Below, piece by piece: positions 1 to 9,199 of a stretch of 64,000 bases of DNA. The DNA is from Bacteroidaceae bacterium (GTDB lineage Bacteria > Bacteroidota > Bacteroidia > Bacteroidales > Bacteroidaceae). The first letter of the stretch is position 1. Each line of letters starts with the position of its first letter. The DNA lies in the NCBI GenBank assembly GCA_017650105.1, contig JAGCFO010000039.1:2571-66570 (forward strand). The letters are read 5' to 3'. The position numbers and the translations under genes are program-made. A model generated the notes under the pieces. It did not search any database, had not been told where the DNA came from, and saw only the letters and a list, made by a program, of their open reading frames with translations.

Positions 1-217
1 CGAGGGCGGCGGTGTAGGGCCACACGTCGGCGGTGCCGCTGCCCTGATGGGTGGAGGTGTCGTAGGTGTCGAACATCCTCATGTCGGAACCGGTGAAGTT
101 CTTCGACATGGTCTCGTCGAGGAGGGTGATGGCACGCTGCAAGTCCTCGACCTGCTGGGCGGTGGTGGCGACTGCCAGGGTGAGCATGACAGCGATGAGG
201 AGGGTGAGTCGGCGCAT
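1..217 (-). CDS. 5' part (72 codons) of a secreted protein running off the left edge; tentatively a GH76-like alpha-mannanase
   Basis: Open-ended, so absent from the ORF track. Reading the reverse complement from the ATG (215-217) gives MRRLTLLIAVMLTLAVATTAQQVEDLQRAITLLDETMSKNFTGSDMRMFDTYDTSTHQGSGTADVWPYTAAL with no stop. It has a clear signal peptide, lies on the same strand as the GH92 gene and starts 91 bp downstream of it. The family call rests only on remembered N-termini of Bacteroidota GH76 proteins. Confidence 0.5.
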   Translation of the reverse strand, partial: MRRLTLLIAVMLTLAVATTAQQVEDLQRAITLLDETMSKNFTGSDMRMFDTYDTSTHQGSGTADVWPYTAAL

Positions 218-308
218 AGTGGGAGGGATGAAATGCTTTTTTTAGATGGTTACACTATCTTTTGCTCCTGGGAAGGGGGCTGCGACGTCGTCAGACGGGG
301 GGGGAACC

Positions 309-2648
309 TTACTTCCTGCGTGAGGGTTTCTTCTTCTCGGCAGCCAGCTCAGTAGAGAAGGAGTATGGTGCGGAGTCGTCGGCGGTGCCTCGGCTGAGGT
401 TGGGCTTCGACGACATGTCGTAGACGATGGTGCCGCCCGCGGTGAGCTCTTCGTGGGTGAAGTAGTTGCGGTCTGTCTCCTGCCCATTGACGGTGATGCG
501 GCTCACGTAGGGGGCGTCGGAGGCGTTGCCGTTGGCCTTCAGCACGAGTGTCTTGCCTCCGGCGAGATGGACGGTGGCCTTGTCGAAGTAGGGCGTGCCG
601 ATGACGTACTGCCCGCTGCCTGGACAGACGGGATAGAAGCCGAGGGCGGAGAAGACATACCACGCGGAGGTCTGCCCGTTGTCCTCGTCGCCGCAGTAGC
701 CGTCGGCGTGGGCGGAGTAGAGCTTATCCATCACCTCGCGGATGTGGAGCTGTGTCTTCCAGGGCTGCCCCGAGAAGCCGTACATGTATATCATGTGCTG
801 GATGGGCTGGTTGCCGTGAGCGTAGTTGCCCATGTTCATAATCTGCATCTCGCGAATCTCGTGGATGACGCCTCCGTAGTAGCTGTCGTCGAAGAGGGGC
901 GGCACGTTGAAGACGCTGTCGAGCATCTGGTTGAAGACATCCTTGCCTCCCATGAGGGTGATGAGCCCCTGGGGGTCGTGGAAGACGCTCCAGCTGTAGT
1001 GCCAGGCGTTGCCCTCGGTGAAAGCGTTACCCCACTGGAGGGGGCTGAAGGGCTCCATCCACGAGCCGTCTTTCATGCGCCCGCGCATGAGGTTGAGCGA
1101 CGGGTCGAAGAGGTTTTTGTAGTTGAGGGCATGCTCGCGGAAGGGCTGCAGCTCTTTCTTGGGCTTGCCGAGGGCGAGGCCGAGCTTGTAGATGCTCCAG
1201 TCGTCGTAGGCATACTCGAGGGTGCGGGCTGCACTCTCGCGTATGTCGTCGCAGGGCACGTAGCCGAGCTTGTTATAGTCTTCCCATCCGAGGCGCCCGG
1301 TGCTGCTGATGTTGGGATGAACGGCATTGGCACCGTGCTTGACAGCTTCCCAGAGGGCTTCGATATCGTAGCCGCGCAGACCCTTGAGGTAGGCATCGGC
1401 GACAACGGAGGCGGAGTTGTTACCCACCATGCAGCCGCGGTGTCCCGGGCTGGCCCACTCGGGGAGGAAGCCGCTCTCCTTGTAACAGTTGACGAGGCCT
1501 TCCTGCATCTTCTCGTTCATCTCGGGATAGGCGAAGTTGAGCAGGGGGAAGAGGCAACGGAAGGTGTCCCAGAAGCCGGTGTCGGTGAAGTAGTATCCAG
1601 GGCATACCTCGCCGGTGTGGGGGCTGTAGTGGACGGGCTTGCCGTCGGCATCAATCTCGTAGAACGAACGGGGGAAGAGTACCGAGCGGTAGAGGCAGGA
1701 GTAGAAGGTGCGCAGATGGTCGACGTTGTCGTCCTCCACCTCGATGCGCCCGAGCACCTCGTTCCACCGCTGACGTCCCTTTTCCTTGACAGTTTCAAAC
1801 GAATCGTCACCCAGTTCCTTCAGGTTCTTCCACGCCTGCTCCTCGCTGATGAACGACGAAGCCACACGAACCACAATCTGCTGTCCCCTCGTGGTGCTGA
1901 AGCCCACCATCGCCATCACATGATTACCTTCCGCTTCGCTGCCCACAAACGTATTGCCGTCCTTTTGTATTCCCCAGTATTGGAATTGCGTATCAAATTG
2001 GAGAACGAAGTAGTTACGGAAGTTGCTAGGCACACCGCCGCTGTTACGTGAGGTATAACCAGTGATCGTGTTTTTGTTTACATCGTACTTGATGGCCGAG
2101 CCTTTGTCAAAGGCATCGACGACAATGCGGGCTATGCCACCCGACGTACTAGATTCGGGGAACGTGAACCGCATGATGGCAGCACGCTCGGTAGGAGCAA
2201 CTTCAGCTGTCACATCGTAATCGGCAAGATAGACACTGTAGTAATAGGGAGTAGCAGTTTCTGCCTTGTGGCTGAACCAGCTTGCACGCTTCTCCTCATC
2301 AAAAATGAGGTCTGATGTTGGTACTGGAACCCTATCGACTTCGGGCATAATGGAGAACTGTCCGTAGTCGTTGATCCAAGGACTGGGCTGATGGGTCTGC
2401 TTGATGCCGCGAATCTTGTCGTGCCAATAGACGTAGGCCCAGCCGTCGCCCATTTTGCCGGTCTGAGGTGTCCAGAAGTTCATGCCCCAGGGGAGGGCTA
2501 CGGCGGGATAAGTGTTGCCTGTGGAGAGGGCTACCTTCGAAGCGGAGCCGACAAGGGTGTTGACGTAGTCGACGGGAGTAGTTGTCTCCTTTGCCACCAT
2601 CAGCACGGGGAGAAGGAGGAGAAGGGAGAGGAAACGGAAATGACGCAT
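309..2648 (-). CDS. GH92 family alpha-mannosidase (secreted)
   Basis: ORF 309..2708. I trimmed the start to MRHFRFLSLLLLLPVLMVAKE (signal peptide, ATG at 2646-2648). GH92-type motifs are present: YAHGNQPIQHMIYMYGFSGQPWKTQ and GDEDNGQTSAWYVFSALGFYPVCPGSGQYVIGTPYFDKATV. Confidence 0.9.
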   Translation of the reverse strand: MRHFRFLSLLLLLPVLMVAKETTTPVDYVNTLVGSASKVALSTGNTYPAVALPWGMNFWTPQTGKMGDGWAYVYWHDKIRGIKQTHQPSPWINDYGQFSIMPEVDRVPVPTSDLIFDEEKRASWFSHKAETATPYYYSVYLADYDVTAEVAPTERAAIMRFTFPESSTSGGIARIVVDAFDKGSAIKYDVNKNTITGYTSRNSGGVPSNFRNYFVLQFDTQFQYWGIQKDGNTFVGSEAEGNHVMAMVGFSTTRGQQIVVRVASSFISEEQAWKNLKELGDDSFETVKEKGRQRWNEVLGRIEVEDDNVDHLRTFYSCLYRSVLFPRSFYEIDADGKPVHYSPHTGEVCPGYYFTDTGFWDTFRCLFPLLNFAYPEMNEKMQEGLVNCYKESGFLPEWASPGHRGCMVGNNSASVVADAYLKGLRGYDIEALWEAVKHGANAVHPNISSTGRLGWEDYNKLGYVPCDDIRESAARTLEYAYDDWSIYKLGLALGKPKKELQPFREHALNYKNLFDPSLNLMRGRMKDGSWMEPFSPLQWGNAFTEGNAWHYSWSVFHDPQGLITLMGGKDVFNQMLDSVFNVPPLFDDSYYGGVIHEIREMQIMNMGNYAHGNQPIQHMIYMYGFSGQPWKTQLHIREVMDKLYSAHADGYCGDEDNGQTSAWYVFSALGFYPVCPGSGQYVIGTPYFDKATVHLAGGKTLVLKANGNASDAPYVSRITVNGQETDRNYFTHEELTAGGTIVYDMSSKPNLSRGTADDSAPYSFSTELAAEKKKPSRRK

Positions 2649-2735
2649 ACTTGGGAATGATGAAATAGTCAAAAAAAAATATGGTTTATTAGATGCTCTG
2701 TTAAGCAAAATAGGAAAGATAATTTAAGCCTAAGA

Positions 2736-2776
2736 ATCCTGAGGCACCCAGGCATGAGCACAAGGTGCCTCAGGAT
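2736..2776 (-). other. Perfect 13-bp stem / 15-nt loop hairpin inside the PUL operon, between the lipoprotein gene and GH92
   Basis: ATCCTGAGGCACC (2736-2748) pairs with GGTGCCTCAGGAT (2764-2776). There is no U-run after it on the transcribed (minus) strand. Confidence 0.6.
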
Positions 2777-2802
2777 CGGTTTTCACGCATGGAGACTGAC
2801 GA

Positions 2803-3825
2803 CTACCACTCGATGGCCTGATCTTCGTTAGGTATCTGAGTGTTGATCTTACGCTCCAGTGTCATCGAGCCCTCTGCCGTGTAGGGCAGCTCGACTCCTA
2901 CCACCGACGTGTAGTCGACGAAGGTGTAGCTGATGTTGTTGAGGATGATGTAGTGGTGAACCAGATAGGGCTGCACCTCATCGACGCGGTCGTAGATGCG
3001 GAACGAAGACTTGCCGTCGGTCCAGAACTGCATGTCGGGATTCTCGGCCCACAGCTCAACGGCGCCCTGATCGCCCTCGCTGAAGCGCGCAAACACCTTA
3101 TAGAGGGCACGGTCGGTGCGGGTCTCGTCGATGTTGCCGGCATAGAAGAACACGGTGTTCTCATCCACTACATAGGCGCGCGACGTCTCCATACCGATGG
3201 CCTCGGAGGTGTCGTAGCCGTTAGCCAGCTTGAGGGTGGTAGCGGCATAGTTGCCCGAGTAGTTGTTGTAGGGATAGATGCGAAGCATAGCCTTCGAGTA
3301 GTGCTTGCGGGGATGGGGTTTGTAGCCGTAGGAGTCGGACTTCTCCACCTCGATGGGGAGCACCCACTTCTTCGACATATCGATGCCCTTGAAGTCGAAG
3401 CGGATATCGAGCAGGCTCACATCCTCGCCCGCCTTGATGGTGGTGGTAGCGGGATACTTGGCATAGTCGCTCATATCGACATAGTAGAGCTCCTGACGAT
3501 TCTGGAAACGCTGGTAGTTGAGGTCGCGCAGCGTGTCGGAATGGGTGACGTGCACCTCGATGTCTTTGGCGTTGGTGGTGGAGCCGCTGACGATGGTGGG
3601 AAGCAGATAGTTGGAGAGCCCTTCGCCATAGAGGTAGGAGCCGTCGTCGGCATGGCGGCTGTAGGGGACATAGACTGCTGTGACACCGTTGTCGTCAAGA
3701 GGAGCCCGAAAACTGATGTAATGCTCATACAATTCCTCTGTCCATTCATCGTTGCAGCTGACGTAGGTGAATGCCAACGCGAGAACGAACACGATAGACA
3801 ATGATTTCAATATATGTTTTTTCAT
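2803..3825 (-). CDS. PUL-associated surface lipoprotein (DUF4973/DUF4361-like, possible glycan-binding protein)
   Basis: ORF 2803..3858. The internal start MKKHILKSLSIVFVLALAFTYVSC gives a lipoprotein signal and avoids overlap with the susD stop. It sits directly downstream of SusD. The domain call is from memory of similar PUL proteins. Confidence 0.75.
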   Translation of the reverse strand: MKKHILKSLSIVFVLALAFTYVSCNDEWTEELYEHYISFRAPLDDNGVTAVYVPYSRHADDGSYLYGEGLSNYLLPTIVSGSTTNAKDIEVHVTHSDTLRDLNYQRFQNRQELYYVDMSDYAKYPATTTIKAGEDVSLLDIRFDFKGIDMSKKWVLPIEVEKSDSYGYKPHPRKHYSKAMLRIYPYNNYSGNYAATTLKLANGYDTSEAIGMETSRAYVVDENTVFFYAGNIDETRTDRALYKVFARFSEGDQGAVELWAENPDMQFWTDGKSSFRIYDRVDEVQPYLVHHYIILNNISYTFVDYTSVVGVELPYTAEGSMTLERKINTQIPNEDQAIEW

Positions 3826-3850
3826 ACGTATCAACTTTTTTCGGTTAACA

Positions 3851-6022
3851 TTAGTCATTGTATGTCCAGCCCGGGTTCTGCACGAGGTTCTTGTTGCGCT
3901 TCAGCTCGGTGTGAGAGATAGGCCAGAAGTACATCTTGTCGGAGAAGATAGACGAGAGGTTAAAGGTGGGGATAACCTGCATGAAGTCGTCCTTGAAGGC
4001 CTTCGTCTGGAACACATTCAAGCCGTAGATGAGAGTGTTCTCCTCGATGGGAGCATCCATCCAGCGGCGGAGGTCGAAGTAGCGCTTGCCCTCGCCCATG
4101 AGCTCGATCATGCGCTCACGCTTGATCTTGGCACGCAGCATGTCGGCACTCGCATAGACTTCGTCGGAGAAATCGGGCAAGCCCGCGCGGATGCGCACGG
4201 GATTGGTGCCGCGCTTGATCTGCTGTATGTCGCGCGACACGGTGTAGGTCTTGCTGCCGTCCCACGATGCTATCTGATAGCTTCCTGTCAGCTCATTCAG
4301 CGACTCGGCATACATGAGCAGGATGTCGGCATAGCGGATAGCAGTCTCGAACTTAGCGCGGAAGTGAGCATAGCCGTTGGAGGTGGACTCGCTATAGTCG
4401 TAGGGATGGTACCACTTCTTGATGCCGATGCCCGTGCGGGGGTAGTTGAAGTTATTGACGTAGCCGTTGCCGCTGCCGCGATAATAGAAGCACTGATACC
4501 AGCGCTGGGAGGTGGTGGTGTTGTTGCCAAGACCTTCCCACACGGCGCCGCTGTAGGCAACGCTGGCGTAGAAACGAGGCTCACGTCCCACATACTGCAG
4601 CGACACGTCGATACCGTCGGTAGGACTCTGGCGAACAGCCAACTCGGGATACTTGCCCTGACGTACCTCGGTGCGAGTGGTCCAACCTGTAGCGCGGGGA
4701 CGGTCGTTACCCTTCTCGGGAGCCCATTCGCGATACATGCCGTCGACGTCGGTACCGTCTTTCATATAATAAGTGTCGACCATCTTCTGAGTCATGCCGT
4801 GAGTGTTCCATCCTCCGCGAAGGGTAGGCATCTCATGCAGCACAAGAGCACCGATGCCGTTGTCGTTGTCGCCGATGGCCATATTGGAAACACGCGAGAA
4901 GATGAGCTCGGGATTCTCAGGAGGTGTGACGTCGCCGTCGAAGAGCTGACGATAGGATTGCATGGGGTCGATGTTGGCATATCCCTCGGGCCAATCCTTG
5001 GTGGAGAAGTTGCCGTCGTCGTAGGGAGGAACGGTAGCAGGATAGCCATCGCTGGCGGATGACGTAGCCTGCACATGATACAAATCGTAAACGCCCAGCT
5101 CCATGACGTCGCGACAGGCAGCAGCAGCACGTGCCCACTTCGACTCATCGTAGGTGAGCCCCAGGAGGGGTGTGCCGTCGAAGTTCTTGAGGGAGCGTGC
5201 GGCATCGTCGGTGACGCCCTCTGGGTGCTGCCCGTTGGCAAGCTGCCCGTTGGCAAGAGGACTGGCGGCATAGGTGAAAGCGATGGCGCGTGTTGCAAGG
5301 CAGCTGCCCTTGGTGGGACGACCTATATTGTTAGCATCGCGCTTGTAATACTGTATCTCCTCGGCTGCCTTTATCATCTCGTCGGAGATGTACTGTGCCA
5401 CCTCCTCATAGGTGCTGCGGGGAACAGCCAGGTTGTCGTAGCTCTCAGTGTAGTCGGCACCCTCATCGGGCATGATGGGCACAGGGCCGAACTTGCGGAG
5501 GAGGAGCCAGTAGTAGTAGGCGCGAACGAAACGTGCCTGCCCACGCATATCGGTGACAGCCTCTTCCGACATATCGTCGTGTCCGACAAGCTGCCCTATC
5601 TTGTGTATGAAGATAGAAGCCTGATAGATGCCCTTGTAGCACTTGATCCAAGCGTTGTAGCCCACCTCCTCGTTGTAGTTACCCTCGCGGAACGAGTTGT
5701 AGGAAGCATAGTCGGCATCCTTGTTGTCGCCATAGGCATTGTCGCGGTCGCCGTAGTAGATATCGTCGGCAAAGCAGAACGGATTCCAGTCGCCTCCGGT
5801 GCCTCCGGTGCCGCCCTTGGAACAAACCTCAAAGTTGCATCCCGTGAGGAAGGAGTAAGCATGGGCAAGCCACTGCTCAGCCTGAGACCTGTCGGTGAAA
5901 ACAAACTCTTCCGTCTTTCTGTCAACAAAGTATTTGTCAGAGTCAAGGTCTAAGCACGATGTCATGAGAGAACCGGCTAAGACTGCGGAAAATATAAAAA
6001 CGTATGATGTTTTCTTTTTCAT
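3851..6022 (-). CDS. SusD/RagB family nutrient-binding outer-membrane lipoprotein (long, about 723 aa)
   Basis: Start MKKKTSYVFIFSAVLAGSLMTSC (lipobox). Contains RAYYYWLLLRKFGPVPIM and the C-terminal FWPISHTELKRNKNLVQNPGW that is typical of SusD. It starts 14 nt after the SusC stop. Confidence 0.92.
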   Translation of the reverse strand: MKKKTSYVFIFSAVLAGSLMTSCLDLDSDKYFVDRKTEEFVFTDRSQAEQWLAHAYSFLTGCNFEVCSKGGTGGTGGDWNPFCFADDIYYGDRDNAYGDNKDADYASYNSFREGNYNEEVGYNAWIKCYKGIYQASIFIHKIGQLVGHDDMSEEAVTDMRGQARFVRAYYYWLLLRKFGPVPIMPDEGADYTESYDNLAVPRSTYEEVAQYISDEMIKAAEEIQYYKRDANNIGRPTKGSCLATRAIAFTYAASPLANGQLANGQHPEGVTDDAARSLKNFDGTPLLGLTYDESKWARAAAACRDVMELGVYDLYHVQATSSASDGYPATVPPYDDGNFSTKDWPEGYANIDPMQSYRQLFDGDVTPPENPELIFSRVSNMAIGDNDNGIGALVLHEMPTLRGGWNTHGMTQKMVDTYYMKDGTDVDGMYREWAPEKGNDRPRATGWTTRTEVRQGKYPELAVRQSPTDGIDVSLQYVGREPRFYASVAYSGAVWEGLGNNTTTSQRWYQCFYYRGSGNGYVNNFNYPRTGIGIKKWYHPYDYSESTSNGYAHFRAKFETAIRYADILLMYAESLNELTGSYQIASWDGSKTYTVSRDIQQIKRGTNPVRIRAGLPDFSDEVYASADMLRAKIKRERMIELMGEGKRYFDLRRWMDAPIEENTLIYGLNVFQTKAFKDDFMQVIPTFNLSSIFSDKMYFWPISHTELKRNKNLVQNPGWTYND
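5227..5256 (-). repeat. Perfect in-frame 15-bp tandem duplication inside susD-like gene (encodes LANGQ-LANGQ)
   Basis: GCTGCCCGTTGGCAA at 5227-5241 is repeated at 5242-5256. The protein reads SPLANGQLANGQHPEG. Confidence 0.9.
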
Positions 6023-6036
6023 AGTCGTATGCATTA

Positions 6037-9000
6037 TTAGAGGTTAAGTTGGAGGCCTACGGTAACAGCCTTTGTAATAGGATAATCCTCGCCTCGCGGC
6101 TGGAGCGACTCAGGATCCCACGTGCTGAACCTCTTGGAGAGGAGCAGCAGGTTGGTGCCCGACAAGTAGAAGCGGAGGCTGTTCATGTGCATCTTGTTCA
6201 CGACACTCTTCGGCACGGTGTAACCGCAGTCGAGATTCTTCAGACGCAGGTAACGTCCGTCGCGCAGCCAGAAGGTGGAAGCGCGATAGTTGTTGCTGCT
6301 GTTGCCGTAATAGAGGCGCGGATAGGAGGCATTGACATCCTCGTTGGCAGGAATGCCCAGCTGAGCTGCTGTGTCGGAGTCAACCCAGCGGTTGTCGAGC
6401 ATCCCCTTGAAGATATTACCCCACTGGCCTTCGCTGAAGGCATAGACGCATTTTCCATAGGTGAGGAAGGTGCTCTTACCTGCACCCTGGAAGTGGAGGT
6501 TGAAGTCGAAGTTCTTCCACTGAACCGAAAGTCCAAGACCATAGATAAGGTTCGGCGTGCTGGTAGCACCGATAGCGCAGACGTCGCCGTCGTTGATGAC
6601 GCCATCGCCGTTGACATCCTTATACTTGATGTCGCCTGGCTGATAGATGCCGAACTGCTGCTTGGGGCTGTTGCGGATATCGTCGTAGTTCTCGAAGAGC
6701 CCGAGGGCGATGAGTCCTCGTACCTGATTGACGCGATATCCACGCAGGTTCTGGTAGGGATAAACGCTGTTTTCCTCGTCGTAGTCTCCTACGCGGTTCT
6801 TGCTATAAGTCATGTTGCCGCGCATGGTGAGGTTTACCTGCCCTATCTGCTGCTCATACTTGAAGTTCCCGTCGAAGCCCTGCGAGAATACAGAGCCTAC
6901 GTTTGCCTTCGGAGTACTTTCCAAACCCACGATGGTAGGCAGGAAGTTACGACTCATATAGATACCCGTACGATGCTCGTTGAAGTAGTCGACGGTGAAA
7001 GAGAAGCGATTGTTGAAGAGTGACATGTCGACACCTATGTCGTTTTTCTCTGCCACTTCCCAAGTGACGCCCATAGAGGCTACCTGAGAGTAGTATGTGC
7101 CGCTATACCGGTAGTTGACATCGTCGAGGCTGAACTGGTAGCCACTGCCTCCATCGGTAATCGTATAGAGGTATGGGAAACGGTCGCTCCCAGTCGTATC
7201 GGAGCCGACCTTTCCGTGCGATGCACGAATCTTGAACATATCAACCCAGTCGATATTGTCGCGGATGAAAGGCTCGTCGCCCACGTTCCATGCAGCAGAA
7301 TAGGATGGGAAGAAGCCCCAGCGGTGACCGTCGGCGAAGTTCTCGGAACCCGTATAACCAAAGTTATAATCGAGGAAGTAACGCCCGAGGAAATTGTATT
7401 TCACCTGTGCAGCCAAGCCTTTGTTCTTACGGCTGATGGAGTTCTTGATGTCGGTACCGAGGTTCTGCGTGGTGATGTTCTCGTCTTGCGTAAACTTCAC
7501 GTTTGCCTCGAAGGTATGCTTCTGTGCGAAGGTACGGTCCCAATGGAGCAAGAGGTCGAGGAACTCGCGACGCGAGCCGCTATTGGCAGACGACTGCCAC
7601 ATGTCGGTAGCGCTGATAACCTTGTCGTAGTCTACCTCGCCCGTCTCGGTGTTGCGCTGACGTGCCGTGTAGAGGGCAGGCATGCGCAGATGTGAGATTC
7701 CGTTGTAGTTATATGTATCGTATCCGAAGCGTCCCGTGAAATTCAAGCCGGGAGTGATGAATCCCAAATCCTGTTCCAAAGTAACGTTCGTCTGTAGATT
7801 GTTGTTCCACTCGGTGTTGTAACCCGTCTGCGTGGACGAAACCCAAGGATTGATATAGTTGGCACGGTCACCTATAAACTGCTGCACATCTTCATACTCG
7901 ATGACGATGCCCGTAAACTTGAAGGGTGCGTAGCCGTTGCTGTAGAGGACGGGTGAATAGAGGGAGTTGTAACCGAAAAGCTGCCCCCATACACGATCGT
8001 CGCCGATACCCGGGCTATTGCGTTTGGTGAGGTCACCGCTGACACCCAGCTTCAACAGGGAAGTCTTGGTAATGTTCATGTCGACATTCATACGGTAGTT
8101 GTAACGCTTGTAGTTGGCGTTGGTGTCGTACTTGTCGCGAAGAGTCTGATCGGTGCGATACATACCTTCGTCCTCGTTGTAAGCAATAGAGGCATAGTAA
8201 CGAGCCGTCTCTCCACCACCGCTCACGTTGAGGTTAGCACGATAGCTGCCTGCCCCGTCCTTGAGCAGAAGATTCTGCCAGTTTACATTGGGGTAGATGT
8301 CAGGATCGAGTCCGTTACGGATAATGTCAAGCTCAACGGGCTGGTAGAGAGTGCCGAGGTTGCGGGTGATGCGCGCCTCGTTGATGTAGTTAGCATAGCT
8401 GAAGCCATCCACGAACTCAGGAGTGATAGTACGCGTGTTGTACGAAGTCTCCAACTTGCCGTTGAAAGTGACTTTACCCGACTTACCGTGCTTGGTAGTA
8501 ATAAGGATTACACCATTTGCACCTTTCGAACCGTAGATGGCGGTAGCGGAAGCATCCTTGAGCACGGAGAAGGTCTCGATATCTTCGATGTTGATATCAT
8601 CGATATTCTCGCGTTCGAAACCGTCGACAAGGATGTAAGCCTTACTGCTGGCACCGAAGGTGGAGATACCGCGAATCCAGAATTCGCTGGTATTCTTTCC
8701 GGGCTGTCCCGATTTCTGGTATGCGATGATGCCCGGAACATTACCGGCAAGGGTGTTGGAGATGTTGGAGGTGTTGTAATGCTTGAGGTCCTCCATTTGC
8801 ACGTTCGTCACAGCACCTGTCACGGATATCTTCTTCTGGGCACCCATACCGGTGATGACGACTTCGTCGACTGCCGAGAATTTCTCTTCCTTCAGCACAA
8901 CGTTGATAACTTTGGTATCGCCCTTCACTAAGATTTCCTGTGGCTGGTAGCCGATATAGGTGAAGATCAGAGTCTGATACTCTTTCATCTTTATCTTATA

Positions 9001-9180
9001 GGCGCCATTGATGTCGGTGATGACACCAAGTCCCGCCACATCTTTCACAACGACGTTGGCACCCAACAGAGGTTCGCCTGTCTCATCGGAGACAGTACCT
9101 GAAACTTCTATTTCATTTTGCGCAAAAGTGGTAGCAGAGAGAGCTAACAGCGCAATCAGTAAAATAAAATATCTTTTCAT
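6037..9180 (-). CDS. SusC/RagA family TonB-dependent outer-membrane transporter
   Basis: 1047 aa with a signal peptide and an N-terminal carboxypeptidase-regulatory-like domain (VSGTVSDETGEPLLGANVVVKD). The plug region contains DEVVITGMGAQKK, and the C-terminal beta-barrel ends ...TVGLQLNL. It has no N-terminal STN/anti-sigma signalling extension. Confidence 0.95.
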   Translation of the reverse strand: MKRYFILLIALLALSATTFAQNEIEVSGTVSDETGEPLLGANVVVKDVAGLGVITDINGAYKIKMKEYQTLIFTYIGYQPQEILVKGDTKVINVVLKEEKFSAVDEVVITGMGAQKKISVTGAVTNVQMEDLKHYNTSNISNTLAGNVPGIIAYQKSGQPGKNTSEFWIRGISTFGASSKAYILVDGFERENIDDINIEDIETFSVLKDASATAIYGSKGANGVILITTKHGKSGKVTFNGKLETSYNTRTITPEFVDGFSYANYINEARITRNLGTLYQPVELDIIRNGLDPDIYPNVNWQNLLLKDGAGSYRANLNVSGGGETARYYASIAYNEDEGMYRTDQTLRDKYDTNANYKRYNYRMNVDMNITKTSLLKLGVSGDLTKRNSPGIGDDRVWGQLFGYNSLYSPVLYSNGYAPFKFTGIVIEYEDVQQFIGDRANYINPWVSSTQTGYNTEWNNNLQTNVTLEQDLGFITPGLNFTGRFGYDTYNYNGISHLRMPALYTARQRNTETGEVDYDKVISATDMWQSSANSGSRREFLDLLLHWDRTFAQKHTFEANVKFTQDENITTQNLGTDIKNSISRKNKGLAAQVKYNFLGRYFLDYNFGYTGSENFADGHRWGFFPSYSAAWNVGDEPFIRDNIDWVDMFKIRASHGKVGSDTTGSDRFPYLYTITDGGSGYQFSLDDVNYRYSGTYYSQVASMGVTWEVAEKNDIGVDMSLFNNRFSFTVDYFNEHRTGIYMSRNFLPTIVGLESTPKANVGSVFSQGFDGNFKYEQQIGQVNLTMRGNMTYSKNRVGDYDEENSVYPYQNLRGYRVNQVRGLIALGLFENYDDIRNSPKQQFGIYQPGDIKYKDVNGDGVINDGDVCAIGATSTPNLIYGLGLSVQWKNFDFNLHFQGAGKSTFLTYGKCVYAFSEGQWGNIFKGMLDNRWVDSDTAAQLGIPANEDVNASYPRLYYGNSSNNYRASTFWLRDGRYLRLKNLDCGYTVPKSVVNKMHMNSLRFYLSGTNLLLLSKRFSTWDPESLQPRGEDYPITKAVTVGLQLNL

Positions 9181-9199
9181 ACGCTAAATCTGTTAAGGG

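Noticed and set aside
47-487. ORFs 47..355(+), 242..487(-) and 349..663(-) at the left edge.
   Set aside because: 47..355(+) is antisense to the open-ended secreted-protein gene (1..217) and runs across the intergenic gap. The two minus ORFs are off-frame overlaps of the GH92 3' end with R/P/S/T-rich translations.
453-2051. Long ORFs antisense to real genes throughout the window. Examples: 453..2051(+), 2953..3804(+), 3767..5062(+), 5075..5953(+), 6049..7023(+), 9677..10429(+), 14707..15801(-), 16702..17757(-), 17773..18729(-), 22022..22816(-), 26179..27078(-), 33046..33768(+), 35434..36117(+), 40302..41084(-), 41382..42554(-), 42939..43706(-), 47048..47974(-), 52824..54545(-), 54977..56362(-), 56669..57301(-), 60277..60963(+), 61333..62088(+), 62702..63646(-).
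   Set aside because: Each lies fully inside, and opposite to, a gene with clear family motifs. Their translations are low-complexity (rich in V/G/A/R/H or S/T/P/R) with no recognisable domains. They are the expected shadow ORFs of GC-rich RNY-biased coding sequence.
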